DNA from: Ptychomitrium polyphyllum
Taxonomy: Eukaryota
Length of the DNA: 64,000 nt
Assembly (NCBI GenBank): GCA_973851085.1
Contig: OZ316775.1
Span: forward strand, 20,088,001 to 20,152,000
Direction of reading: 5' to 3'
A model generated the notes under the pieces. It searched no databases, was not told the DNA's origin, and was given only the letters and a program-made list of their open reading frames with translations. Shown here piece by piece: positions 1-12,938 of this stretch (the first letter of the stretch is position 1; every line of letters starts with the position of its first letter). Both the position numbers and the translations under genes were made by a program.

Positions 1-2129
1 ATATGCATTCTTAAAGTTTTTTCAATTTTGAGGTTTGTAAAATTTTGCTAAAAAAAATGATGAACTTATTTTAAGTTATAATGGTGAATTCATAAAGTTG
101 AATTCATAGATTCAAGATAAAAGAATTATCTAGATATACTTGGAGCTACAAGGCTTCAAGTCTTGTATTATAAAACCTATTATTATTAATGGAATTTCTC
201 TTTATATCTACTTTTGTACATGAAATATAAATGAGATATTCTATGCTCTTTGATTTACTAATTAATTGAATCATATCTAACTTAAAGAACAAGTTAATTG
301 TTGGTTTTGTCAAATGCTAGCCTTCTATAGGATGGAATCATATGTTTGCAACATTTTTTATTTACAAATACTAAAATTAAAGCTTAATTACCTAACATGC
401 ATTTAAAAATAATTTGGGCTAATTTGTGAATAGAAAAACATTGTACTTAAGCATTTTATTATTTAATATTTAAAAAAATTAGAATATTTTTACCTTGTTT
501 TTCAAAAGTTGAGGAAATATTAGGAATAAAATAAATAATGATGGTAAGTTGAAGAGCTAGGAAGAATTCAATAAGCCATAAATGATTCAATTCTTAACTC
601 AATCATTACCTGCTAGCAAAGAACAATATGAATGCATAACTTTGAAGACATATTGTACAAGACTCTTGCAAAGCAAAGCCATGGTGTCTATCAAATATTA
701 TACAACAATAATGTTCTTTTGCTTTTCCAAACCTCATACTATAGTTATCCACTAAGGCTGTGGAAAATATTCTCCAAAGTTACACTGTTCATGGAGTTTC
801 TCAATCCTTTGTTATTATATGGATGCTCTACGGACATGCTAACTTGGCATCAATGAAATGCTTGCTGTGCATGCTACTGTATGTCCATTGCAATTCCTTG
901 CTTGGCTCTTGATCTTATGCCGTATGACTGCAAGCATCTGTTTGATCATCTCATCAATTCCATCCCTTTAATTCAAGTTCCTAACCTACTGCTCCCTTTG
1001 CATACAAAGACCATGGCATCCTAAACCTCATCTGGCATAGATATTTGCAACCTATATCTAATTGCACAAAGAATTTTGTGTGTAAGGACTTCTGCATAAA
1101 GATCTTTTGCACACAAGTTGCAACTCTTTCCTGCAAAAGTAGCAGACAGCTGTTAAAAACACAGTTTTTGGATTTTTCTGACAATCCTAAATATACCAAC
1201 CTAAGAAACCGCTAAGTTAGGAAATTCTTACAAGAATTGTCCCAGACCTAGGATTCTATTCCATTACCAAATAACTCTATTAACAAATTTTACAATCGTC
1301 CATGGCTTTTAAGAAGCAATCTAAGCTCCTTGGGTGTTTCTTCCACATGTACACATAGGTTATATTATGGTGGTGCACGTACGCTACCTAGTCAATACCT
1401 AGATGATACTCCGGTATAAGGAAGACATGACGACATGTAGGGAACCTGACTTTTATTCTATTTTCTGGTTTTTCCAAAAGTCCTCTCACTGGACAATGGA
1501 GAAGGTAAGAGACAAAACCGACAGTGCTGCATACACGGAAGCACCTCGGCTCAAAGGCCAGCATGTCACCAATGAGTAAGAAAGGACCCAAGTGCCGCTG
1601 GAGCAGATTTCAAGACAGGGACAGCAGGCCCCTCTCTTAAAAATGGCACGAATGCTAATTCAAAGTCGGCTAACCTTGTAGCCAACTCAAGGCTGCGTAA
1701 ACAGATTCTCGTAACTCCCACCTAGAAACAGAGCCAACCCCTTCAGTACTACGCTACAGGCTTCGACGTCCTGCTCAGGTTCCATTCTCAATGACTTCGT
1801 CCCAAAACCGCCATTATCTACACCTTGAGTGTCTTTGAACCTACGAAAAAACAGATCATGTTAGTTTTAGTTACAGTGACGGTCTTTCAATTTTGCCACT
1901 CTTGCCAAGCATTGAGTCCTTTGTCAAAATCTTGTTCGACTTTATGTGTCAAGTTTATGTGTCCAATCACGAAACTAAATTCTTACCTCCATGTATTTGT
2001 TACCCACTCTCTAAGGTGGGGATGAGTTTCTAAGGTGGGAATGAGGTGCTTCAACTGTCGAAGAAGCAGATGCAGAATCCAGGTTCAAATTGGGGAACTT
2101 GTAAGTAGGGAGCTTGGGAGGTGAATCAA

Positions 2130-2740
2130 GAGTAAAATGAGGTCAAAACATAAGAAAACGCCAAGAACTTGCATTTTCTGCATTTCCCCGCAACCTTGCA
2201 AGACACCACCTGGAGGTCTGAAATCTATGAATTGCATAGATAATAGTGATGATTTTTAGGGGTACGATGACAGCTTTGGATGGTTGGCCTCCCTTTTGCA
2301 GACTACTCAGAATCTCCGCTGAAATGAGGGAGCTTGAGAGCAACCTCCAAGAGTCAAGACACTTGAGTGAGGTGTTAACGTACCTCGTAGCTGAGCAGGC
2401 TCATCATGGTCAGTCCCAATGAGGAAACTACTGAGCCAGCAACATCCTAGGCACCACCTTGAGGTGCGAAATCCAGACAGTGCGCAGATAACGCCGGTTT
2501 TGGGCACAATGACGGGTTTTCGGGATGGATGCATTGACCTCAGAATCTCTCGTCAAATGAGGGAACTTGAGATCTACCTCAAAGGAGTCAAGGACCAAGA
2601 CACCACCTTAAGGTTCGTGTGAAGAGGACACATCATTATGCGTTCCAGTATTCCCAAGCAGATTCATCATGACCAGGCCAAATGAGGGAACAAGCTGGGA
2701 CCTGGTGGGCCATCAACCAGCAAAGACACCACCTTGAGAA
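2130..2740 (+). repeat. Degenerate tandem repeat with recurring AATGAGG and GACACCACCT motifs
   Basis: (A/G)CACCACCT-type motif near 2199, 2450, 2596 and 2722 (partial near 2355). AATGAGG near 2136, 2323, 2418, 2556 and 2681. CTCAGAATCTC...AAATGAGGGARCTTGAGA is duplicated near 2306 and 2538. Confidence 0.75.
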
Positions 2741-3056
2741 AAGTGTGAACGCAGCACACTCTCCCTTCGGATGCGTGGCATGGGAGGTTGCTCCTCTTTC
2801 TTCCACCTCGCAGCTCCTCTTTCCTTCCGTCTCTCTACCTCGCGGATTCCACTGCCAACACAGACAGCCTACACTACCATCATCCTCATCTCCCCCTTGC
2901 TGTGTCGTCTTTTCTCTTTAAACAGCTCATATCCAAACAGGTTTCCTATGGGGTTCCAATTACCTGTTGTTTCTCTTAACTGTCATGAGTCTTGCAGCGA
3001 CGACCCAAGTTGGGACTTTTGGGACTTTAGTGTTTCTCTTCTGGGACTGTAGTTTC

Positions 3057-3080
3057 GTGTGTGTGTGTGTGTGTGTGTGT
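3057..3080. repeat. (GT)n microsatellite in the putative 5' leader of the F-box gene
   Basis: Perfect GT run, about 12 units. Confidence 0.95.
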
Positions 3081-4200
3081 AGAGAGCCTGGGCAATTGTC
3101 GGGTGAGTAGTGTATGTGTAATTAATTTGGGACCGTCAGCTGCCGGCAACTGCAGAGCGTCAACAATTGTTTGACTTTGGATTATAATTTGGTTCGTACA
3201 GCGTGGGTGGGGTTGGGGGTACGAGTGAGTGACGAGCCGCCTTTTGGTTCATTTTACTTTCAGTGGGAATTTGATAGAGTTTGTAGAATTGAGCGACCGC
3301 GTAGGATTTTCTCCTTTAGGTGCTGTGGTCGTGTTTCTGGATATTTTCTGTGAAAGCATGTAGACGTGGGTCGTGGCGGAGTTCGTTGTGCCAATTTGTG
3401 CGGTGCTTCTGGTGTTCTGTGATTGAAGAGGATCGTTCGCGAAGAGATTGGGTTGTTCGGGGAGCGCGTGAGTGAGCGCAACATCAACACCTAATTGGGT
3501 ATGCTGTTCATTCAATATGCTCATCTTGATGTGGATTCACGTCTTTCAACGCGGAGTCTCTGAAACTGGGACTTGTCCACTCGATGGATGTTAGCCTTGT
3601 CATCCCGCAACCTAGCAATTGCATGATTGTGGGATGCAATTATTCGCGGTTAGGTACAACTTTGTGCACAGTACGGGTTGTTTTAAACATCCCTATTCCG
3701 TCTTTCATGGTAGTCTACGCAGCGTAATTCACGTTGTGTGCACCTATCCTTGTATCTCGCAGCGTTCTCCCACCTACGGTCCCTTGCACCTCTTGGCGGT
3801 TCTTGCAGTTCCTTAGGCTTTCTGTTTTGCTGTTGGCTTCGTAGCCCATTTTATTTATTGAGAGTAGTCAAGGTGCCGTTGAAGGCAGTTTTGAGTTTTG
3901 GAGGGACGTCGATTATGGAAGAGACAGTAGGTCGATTTTTTTTTTTCCTCTCTGTCTCCCAATTCTGTGCTGTTGTTTTTCCCAACTCTTGCAATTTTTA
4001 GCATTTTAAGGTTGATGGGGTTAAGAAACGGAAGTTCAGAAGCGAACGGTTGTGTACGTTTAATCTTTTTATCAGAATGCACTGTATTTGTTACTTACCT
4101 TCCTGCGTAAATATTTGCAGAGCATTGGTGTGCCTTCGACGTTGCACTTGGGAAGTGAATGCACAAGTTCAGCGGGCGAAATTGCTCGAAGTAGATCAAC

Positions 4201-7200
4201 ATGGACTCCAGAGAAGGTGAGTAAACAACGTTCGGTTCTTTGATTATCGTTCAATTATTCACGTAATTGTTGAGAAGAAACTATTGTATTTTATAGCGTA
4301 AAGCTTATATAGGGTATGTTGAGAGACCTGTTTAATTAATTGTCAGAAAGACCGATCTCTCACGAAACTTGACAAGTGGTTTGGCGTGGCTTGTATCATC
4401 CACTTTTGTACCTCTGCAATTTTAGACAAGGTTCGTGTCGGTTCTCTGTTCCTTCTCACTACGGTTTCAAGGGACTTATTCATAACATCTTTAGAGGTAT
4501 GAGACAGGATTTCACTTTCCTGCACGGTTGTAATAGTAGTGGATAAGGAATTGTGATTAGGGTTGAAAATATTTAGGTGAATCAGTGTCCTATCTTGCTG
4601 TGTTTCTGAATCTAAGGTGATGATGAGTTGAGAGTCGCGAGTGAGCCTATCAATTGCCTGTCGATTTCCGTTTTTTGATTCAAGATATTGTGAACAGATT
4701 TGTTGAAAGCTTTACTTTTTGTAGTGGCAACTATGATTCACTTTGCAAAGTTATCCAACTCAGTTAAATTGAATGATAGCATGATGTCGGAATTGAAACA
4801 ATCGAGTGTGCGATAAATAGTTAAGATTGTGTAAGAAGTGTTTGCATAGTTTCTGATGGTCATTTTCTTCCTGTTTTAGCACTGACGTAAGGTGTTGCAA
4901 ATTGAAATCTCGTTCTTTACACTAATCGATCTTAGACGGGGATGATTATACAACTAGAGTATTACTTTGCAAATTTAGGTTAGCTTGACAATGGTCATGT
5001 AACTCGTGTTAATTTTAATTTAGAGAGTTGAAAGAGTTGTTAAATGGGAAATATTGTTCAGGACAAGTATATGACCTTCAAGCCGGGTACCACTCATCGG
5101 AAGTTGGTGTCGACGGCAGTGACTTGGACTCTTTGGGAATGTCAGAAAGGATGAGGAGAAAGACTTTGCTTCACAGTTCAGGAGGCCTGTCTCAGCTGTT
5201 CTGGGTCTCCGAAGAGGATGAGATGGAGTCAGCTCCTCGTGACATGAAACACAGGTGGAAGAAGATGATGCAGAAAAGGATCACAAGCACGGGGTCAGAG
5301 GATACTGGAGATGAAAAGCAGGTGGATATGGCGGAGTCTAAGTGGCAGGATATGCCTATGGAGCTGCTTGTTCGGATTCTAGGACTTGTGGATGACAGAA
5401 CAGTGGTGGTAGCAACAGGGGTGTGCACTGGTTGGCGAGACTCCATTTGTGCAGGCGTTACTGAGCTTTCTTTTGCTTGGTAAGGATCACAACTTTCTTT
5501 ATCTCTCAATCTAAGGCAGAGGAACACTAGCTAAAACTCACACTTTCAGATCTGTGTATAGTTTCACTTTCTGGAATGACTTGATTCAAAGGGTATCCTA
5601 AGGCACCCAAAGTATGCATCAGTTGGGTATAAAGAAGTTTTGAAGATTCAAAGTTTGTTTGGTTATATTTCTTAAAACCAACCGTAAGCTCTAATGTTCT
5701 CTGTTTATAGATTTAGTAGGTGCTGGTTTTCGTTCTTATGTGCCTTGATTTCACAGGTGTAAACGGAATGTGAGTAACCTGGTGCAATCTGTGGCACGCA
5801 AATTTTCCCGCCTCGAGAATTGCAGCATTCGACGCTGTTCGTTCCTCAACGACGATGCTATTAGAGCAGTGGGTGCTCACTGGCATGATTTGAGATCTTT
5901 GGACTTGACAAGCTGCACACGCCTCACAAACATTTCGCTCATTGCCAATGGTTGCCCTTTTTTGGAGAAGCTGGACCTCAGTGGTTGTGTGGGTGTTTCG
6001 GAAGCTGGCCTTGTGGGACTTGCCCAGCATTGCAAGCACTTGCGACATCTGAACCTCTGTGGTTGTGATAACGCTGGATCAGATGCTGCTCTGGTGGTAT
6101 GGTCTCCTGCTCATCTTATGTTGCTATGTTTAGTTTTCAAAACACTCATATGGCCTTTTCACGAACTTGCTCAGGCCTTCATATATCTCTTAACAGAGAT
6201 TGCTTGATTGTTAAGTGAGTTTGCTGATTGTTCTTGGCAGGCTTTGGCTCAGACTTGCAGTGGGTTGCAATACCTGAACGTGGGATGGTGTGAGCAAATC
6301 ACAGATGCGGGGGTGACGGCACTGGCACTTGGATGCCGCGATTTACGGTTTGTCGACTTCTGTGGGTGCCTCCAGATCACAGGTTTGTCAAACACCTACT
6401 TCATCTTGAGAATTGATTGTCACGAAGGTAATATTTATTCAATATGGGCAATTTTTAGGGACTTTGGCACAAATGCACAAAACGTTCGATTGCAGATAAC
6501 GGGAGCAATTCAAACATTTGGAGTTTCTGTTTTTCTGGTTGAATGTCAGTTACACATTCTAATGGGTCCTCTAACCGTCAATCAATGGACTATGACATGG
6601 TAATTTGAATTGCAGACAATGACTGACATTGCACTTGGTTTACAAGTGGAGATTCACACACTGAGCAATGTGAAGCGTTCCCTAACACAATGAATAAAAT
6701 TACCTATTCGTTAGGAACTTTGTATGGAAGGAGTATCAACTTTATGGATATTGTTGACACGATTTGACGCCCATTCTTATTTCTAGATCAAAGCGTGGTC
6801 GTCTTAGCGGACAACTGCCTTCGCCTTCGCGTCCTGGGCTTCCACTGCTGCCGCAACATCACCGACCTGGCCATGTACTCCCTCGTCAACAGCAACAAGC
6901 GCCGCGAAAGCCTCCGGAGCAACAAGCGTAGCAGCAGCACGGGCTCCAATCCGCGCGTGCGCGAGCTCGGCAGCGAATACTCCACCAGCAGCCGAAGCAG
7001 CAGCTCGTTCGCCTACAGCAGCGCCGGGAGCTGCTCCAGCAGCGGGAGCTCCTGCAACAGCAACTACAACACGGGGGGCTTGAAGAGTGGGGTGGGGTTT
7101 GATACTTCCTATTTAAGAGATCCCGCGGGCTTCGGCCTTGTGTCGCTCAATCTTAGTGGCTGCACTGCGCTATCCTCGCAAGCTGTGCAAGCAGTGTGCG

Positions 7201-7373
7201 ATGCGTTTCCTCAACTCCACACTTGTCCTGAGCGCCATTCGTTAATCACAAGCGGCTGTCTTAATCTCACCACCGTGCGGTGCATTTGTGTGATTGAGGC
7301 TCGCCGTGAGCGGTTGAGCCGCGCTTCTCGTGCTGCTGCGCAACCTTTCCATCCGAGACATCGCCCTTTGTAA
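4201..7373 (+). CDS. F-box/LRR-repeat protein, SKP2A/B-like. Exons 4201-4216, 5062-5479, 5757-6096, 6241-6382, 6787-7373
   Basis: F-box motif KWQDMPMELLVRILGLVDDRTVVVATGVCTGWRD, then cysteine-containing LRRs (LDLSGCVGVSEAGL, LNLCGC, LNVGWCEQITDAGV) and an SKP2-type tail (LNLSGCTALSSQAVQAVCDAFPQLHTCPERHSLITSGCLNLTTVRC). All GT..AG junctions keep frame. The ATG exon MDSREG joins in phase at 5062. Confidence 0.9.
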
Positions 7374-8656
7374 ATTCTGCCATCATCCCCCCTTCCTTTG
7401 GTTCTTGCTTGTCGCTGCTTTGTTGATCCCTTAACCCTCCACCTTCACGAACTATGTACACAACGTTGTATGATACGTCTTATGGTCTTAATAAGGTTTT
7501 GTAGCTGGAGTGTTGTGAGTTGCCTGTAGGAAAGTTCATGTCCTGTTACTTGTGGAACTGATCGTCTTTGTTAGCTTGAATTTTGCAACGAAGGTAAGCG
7601 AGCTGAATTCTCTGGTACACTACGAGAACTTATTTGTGAAACATTCAGGCACTGTAGCTCCTTTTTATTTGATTCCAAGTTGCATGTTGCCGGTATCTGC
7701 TTACGTAACTCCAACAGTGGGGTTTTTCTTGCAAGTTTTGATGATCTTGGTCTTTGAGGGCAGGCTTATACAGCGGCTTTTGTTTTCTTGAGTGGGAATC
7801 ACATGTTGAGTCTTTCTGCACAAATCTGCTCTAACCTGTTGAATAAGTGATACTTTTGCATAATACATGCAGAGTATATGCCCATGGACTGATGGGATTG
7901 TGTCAAGCCTACTGCACATCTTTTCTAGCCATGAGCTTTCTTTGATTGTCACAATGCAGGGACTCTAGAAAAATTTCTGGTTCACTAAACTTTTATAGTT
8001 TCACTTAATTCAAATGAATTGTACAAAATACTCTTTAGTTTTCATGCTCTCCACCATGGTCTTGATACTTGTGGAATGGCAAAAATGGATAGATAGAATA
8101 TCCCATCTAATTACAAAAATAGAGGAGATAAAATTTATTTATCAACCATTTGTTAGTTGCTGCTTCCTTTTAAGAATTAATTCTGTGCAAGTCTTACAAT
8201 CTTAAAAACAATAATGGTCTCCTTGTTATGAATTTCTTAGACCAAGCATTTGATAAGGAATAAATGACTAAAAAAGATTACTAAATCATGCCATCTCAAG
8301 CCCAATTATAAATCATTGTCATGTTTTTATATAACTTACTACCTTATATTACATAAACATCATCTGTTAAGGTCTCATTCAATCTCAAAGCAGTTGAATT
8401 TAGTATCAGCGTTTTTCAACGTTGTTTTATATGTTTACAAAAGTACACGTTTAGAAATTCGAATATTATAAAGGAAAACGATCTAAAAGATTCAACTTCT
8501 GTGTAGAATAATTTTACCACTAGGATAGACGTAAAAAAAGAACAAAGCAAAATAAGCTGTAAAATCCAAATGGTTTTTCAAAAAGTAAAAGTAGTGTACT
8601 CTCCAAACTTGACAAAGGTTCCAAAACAAATTAGAGAAAGAGACTATAAGTAGTAT

Positions 8657-10003
8657 TCAAGCTCTCTTGCGCCGATACTCTTTGTAGAAGTAAGCCACCT
8701 GGAATCTCCACAACGAAAACGCCACAACAATCACCACGAGGAGGACAATGAGCCATGCAGGGTCGTCGTCGGAGTGCTCAGCTGGAAACTCAATCTCCCG
8801 AACCTCAAATTCTTCCCTTGTTTGGTTTGTATACAAGGCCGGGAGATAGGTGTGCACAATGAAGGTAGAACGTTTCTTCACAGCAGCTGCAGTGACGTGA
8901 TCTGAAATATTGAGTGGCACAGTGTCGACCACATTCGCAGCCATCCAGTCGCTGGCGCTGCCCACCAGCCATACTTTCTCTTTGGAAACCACAACAAGAG
9001 TGCCATCTTCACGAAGCGCCATGCCATCGGCCCATGGCAGCTTCTCCTGCATGATCACCACATGCACGCTTTGGTCTTGCACACCCACTCGAAACAGTGC
9101 ACCCGAGTTTGTTTGCACAATAAGAAGGTATCGTCTCCCAAAGAAACCAACCGTTGAAACTATGCCATTCAAACCAGCCCACGACCACTCTGAAGATTCA
9201 CCCACAAGAGGCGAGATTGGTTGAGTGGTGAAATTCTCGTGCTTCAGGAATACTGACGGTGTCCCGTCTGTTGTCACCTTCCAAAGAAAGTTGCCCATGG
9301 TGTTTGTCACGTACACATCCCCTGACTTGGCATCCACAGCCACATCATTTGCACATGATTTCTCTCCTGCAATTCATGCATTCCCATGACCACATTGAAG
9401 TCTACCATGTTTGAAATCGGAATCCTCCACACATCACTCGATACACTCAATACAAGGCGAATGAAACCCCCTAACTTCAACAATACAATTAGGTCAAGGC
9501 CAAGCAATCATCGAGCTCATCTTCCCTCAATTTTTGAAAGTGAATATTTAAAAGCGGCGAGGATTCAGGAAAGAAGTATTAGCACCTTCAGCAACACCGA
9601 TGCTGTCCAATCGTGCAAAGTAGAGCCTCTTCTTCGTGTCCAAATCGTAGGCGGCAACTCCACAATAGTTCCAATCAACAGTATCCGTTACAACAGCAAG
9701 GACTCGGTTGCGCTTCCGATCGACTTTGACTCCAGCCATGTACACCTTGCCAGCATAGTCCTCGTCGCGCACGAACTCCTTGATGGAACCATCCGTGGCA
9801 AGCTCTGAGATGACGGCCTTGGCAGCGGAGCCCAAGAGAAAGCGCTCGTGAACAGGGTCCCAATCAAAGCTCTCCGGATATAGGTTCGGGGACCGGAACC
9901 TGAGACTCAGGAGCGATGATGGTCTCCCCGCAGTAGCTTCTTGAGCAGTCCCGTCCAACGACAACAACACGAAGCAAAGCAACCACATCGCACCCATCTT
10001 CAT
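8657..10003 (-). CDS. SMP-30/gluconolactonase/NHL-like beta-propeller protein (calcium-dependent phosphotriesterase superfamily) with signal peptide and C-terminal TM helix. Exons 10003-9586, 9366-8657
   Basis: LYPESFDWDP, ANDVAVD..GDVYVTN, GLNGIV and ADGMAL propeller motifs. Hydrophobic N-terminus and TM segment AWLIVLLVVIVVAFSLW followed by a basic tail. Phase-1 intron 9585-9367 keeps frame. Confidence 0.85.
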
Positions 10004-11802
10004 TGACACTCGCGTGCCAACATATGATCTCTCCACAAAACTACGCACAAGTATACACAGCAATCTTTCTACAGATTGATTGTCACAATTTGACAAATAA
10101 ACCTGCAAGACACAAAAGACCAACAGCTGGGTTGTAACAACTAACAGCGTAAAAGCTGTTTCCAAAGCCCTGGATGAAGCTTATCAGATTGGGTGAGAGG
10201 ACATACCGTATCACATGGACTTAACTCCAAGTGGGTCCTTTTGGACTGGGGTTCGGGCAATATTGGCCAAAATTAGGGCTTTGGAGAAGTGCTTCTGAAG
10301 ATTTTCCACACAATCAATCAACTGCGTGCAGGGAAGCCAATAGTTGCTCCAGCAATTGCCAAAGTTGTAACTTGCTTGCGCATTGTACAGCAGCAGGAGT
10401 AGCTGCAACAGCAACGACAACACGGAAATCGTGCGGATTCGGTTTTGTGTCGATGCTGCTGGAATCCGATTCCGTGACCCAAAAGTGGGATCGTTCTTTC
10501 AAGTTTTGAACTTGGTATTTCCACTGAGGGCAGACTTTCGCATCAGAGCAGCTTCTGTGTTTTGAGTGGGAATCATGCGGGTTGATATTGCGGTTCTATC
10601 TTCTCCGTTTGGGCAGTGTCGTTCTCTTCCGTGTCGTTGGATAAGTTCATTGTCGACTGAACTTCTGCCGTCTTCGTTGCATCGTCCTTGGTCTCTGTCT
10701 CGTCGCACCGTAAGTTGCCTGCTACTAGTGCTTGTAATAAATTATTGAGGTCGAGCTCTTGGTTCGTCTCCAGTGTGGAGTGCTCTAACGAAGGTGGTTT
10801 GGGCAGCTCTCGTGGTTATTTGCTTCGAGATTGATCCAAATTGATCGTTTGGAAGATAAGGAGACTAGCCGGGAGGAAAGGTTGGAATTCTGTATATAAC
10901 AATTCGGTTTTATGCGACATGTCAGAAATTGTATCACGTTAGTGGGAATTAATGCGAGTGTGCACCTGGTGCCTAGATTGCATTATTGGTGCCGTGGGTT
11001 GTAAATTCGTTAAGCTTTTGACTTCACATCTGTTTCGGTGTTGAGAAAGAGGCTGAATAGAGTAGTAGCCGCAAAGGCTTGGGTGAACCTTCAATTCACG
11101 AACACGGAGCACTACACTCTCCAAGTCAGTACCGCGTGTTAATACTCACACTAGCAAAATGCAAATCCGCATGAACCACACTTTCCAGAAGAAAGTGTGG
11201 TTCTTTCAGAGAAAATAGCAGTGAGGAGTACATGAAGCTTATATTGTACATTATAAAAGTCTAATTTTGACAAGGAATCTACTTGATATTCAAACTGCAC
11301 GACAAGCGCCTTGCGTTGGTCATAATAAAAAGTAGTGATACTGCCATGATAACCGAAACACCTCCAACTGTCAAAAGACATCGGTTATTCATTATTCACG
11401 CATTCAGTGGTGTGGTAATCACAAAGCATGTCAAGCATGTCAAGCATGTTAATCAAAACGGCATGTATGTTGCCATGAACCTCTATGCTTCCGGCAGAAA
11501 TTCCCATTAAAATGTGTAAATTGTTACAGCTGGGCCTCATCTTGCTTAAACAAGGATCAAAGGGCCAAGAAGAAACTCTGTGAAGGTGAAAAATGGTTAG
11601 TTACTGCTCAAGCGCCTCACAACCTAAAGTGCGTTCAGTTGTCTGACTACCAACACAAAGTGCTTCTCCTAACTCATGCAGCGGAAGATAAGAACTTGAT
11701 AAATTGGTGTCTTCAGCAGACACCCATCCTCAAACTCGTTTTTGAGAAATCGGATGCTCCTTGTAAGTGCTAACAAAGTATTGAGAGTAGTTCGGTCAGA
11801 AA

Positions 11803-12938
11803 TTAAAATGTCGTGGCAGCACCATGGTCAAAAGGATGTTTGAACTGAACAGGAACAGGTTGTCTTTGTGAAGAAACGTCCACTTCCCTTATCATCTCAA
11901 AACGGGCATTTCCTTGGGCTTGATATGCTAGTAGATTCGTATAGTAACCCACCCTTCCCGGAGACCCGCCAGGTCCAATCTGCAGAAGCGACAAATATTT
12001 GCATGTTGACTAACGTAGCACTGACATATGCCAGATAAAGACATTACAATTGAGCTGGCTACGGAAACTCACGTAATAATTTACAAAAGCTACACAAAAC
12101 TAAATCACGGAAAACATCTTACATCGGTGACACCTTGAGTTGGTGGTGATAAACTAGGAGGAGCAGAAAGGCTGGGGGATGGTGCTAAATGATTATGCGG
12201 TGATTGAAGCTGTTGCCCCTGCTGTTGTTGCTGCATCCACTTTGGATAATGGTCGAGTTGTGTAACTTCTTCACTATCTGAGGACCATGTCTGTGTAAGC
12301 ATCGATTGGCGCTAGCTTTGAGCTACATCAAACAAAACCAAAATTCAGAAAGAATTGGAAAGTCAATCACTGCAAACTACTCTAATATAGCAAAGAGGAA
12401 CTAGTTCTAATAGCAGTCGGTTCAGCAGAGACGATCTACCAAGGAAGATGAGTCTGAACAAACTCACCAATGCATGCCACTTCCTTACAAGTATCCTCAG
12501 AATCTGGCCACTTCTCGTCTTCCGGTTGAGCAATGAATACTTGCTCTACATATCGATGCACAGCCAAGGATAAGTTACAATAAATATTGTGTTAATATGA
12601 GAGCTCCTCTCAAGTAGACAGAGTAACATGCAGATACGCAACAGTAAAAGATCCAAGCGAAAACATTTGTTTGGAAACACACATCAGGCATATCAAAGAG
12701 ATGTGCTTCGATTATCACCTCTTTGCCATTTCTTTGCAGCACCCTTGATCCCCCATTCCTCTCCAAGTGTAAGCTGGTGATGTTGGTTAATGGACTCCAA
12801 CAAAGACGGAAGTTCATCAACATTAGAAATTAAAGTTTTTGCAGTGAATCCCAACTCCTTAATTTTGAGAACGGTTTCAGGCCGAAGTCCAAAACCGTCA
12901 AAGAAGGTATCAAGGTCTATAGAGGCCAACATGGAGCT
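11803..12938 (-). CDS. Exons encoding a LEAFY-like SAM domain and a Q/P-rich tail (12938-12719, 12545-12468, 12322-12123, 11979-11803), with in-frame TAG at 12314-12312. Probably the same gene as the BED exon
   Basis: LDTFFDGFGLRPETVLKIKELGFTAKTL...LTLGEEWGIKGAAKK resembles the LFY N-terminal SAM domain as I recall it (LF..YGIR..T..KIAELGFT..TL....LLVGERYGIKAAVR). Canonical splice sites with matching phases 1, 1, 0. Confidence 0.7.
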
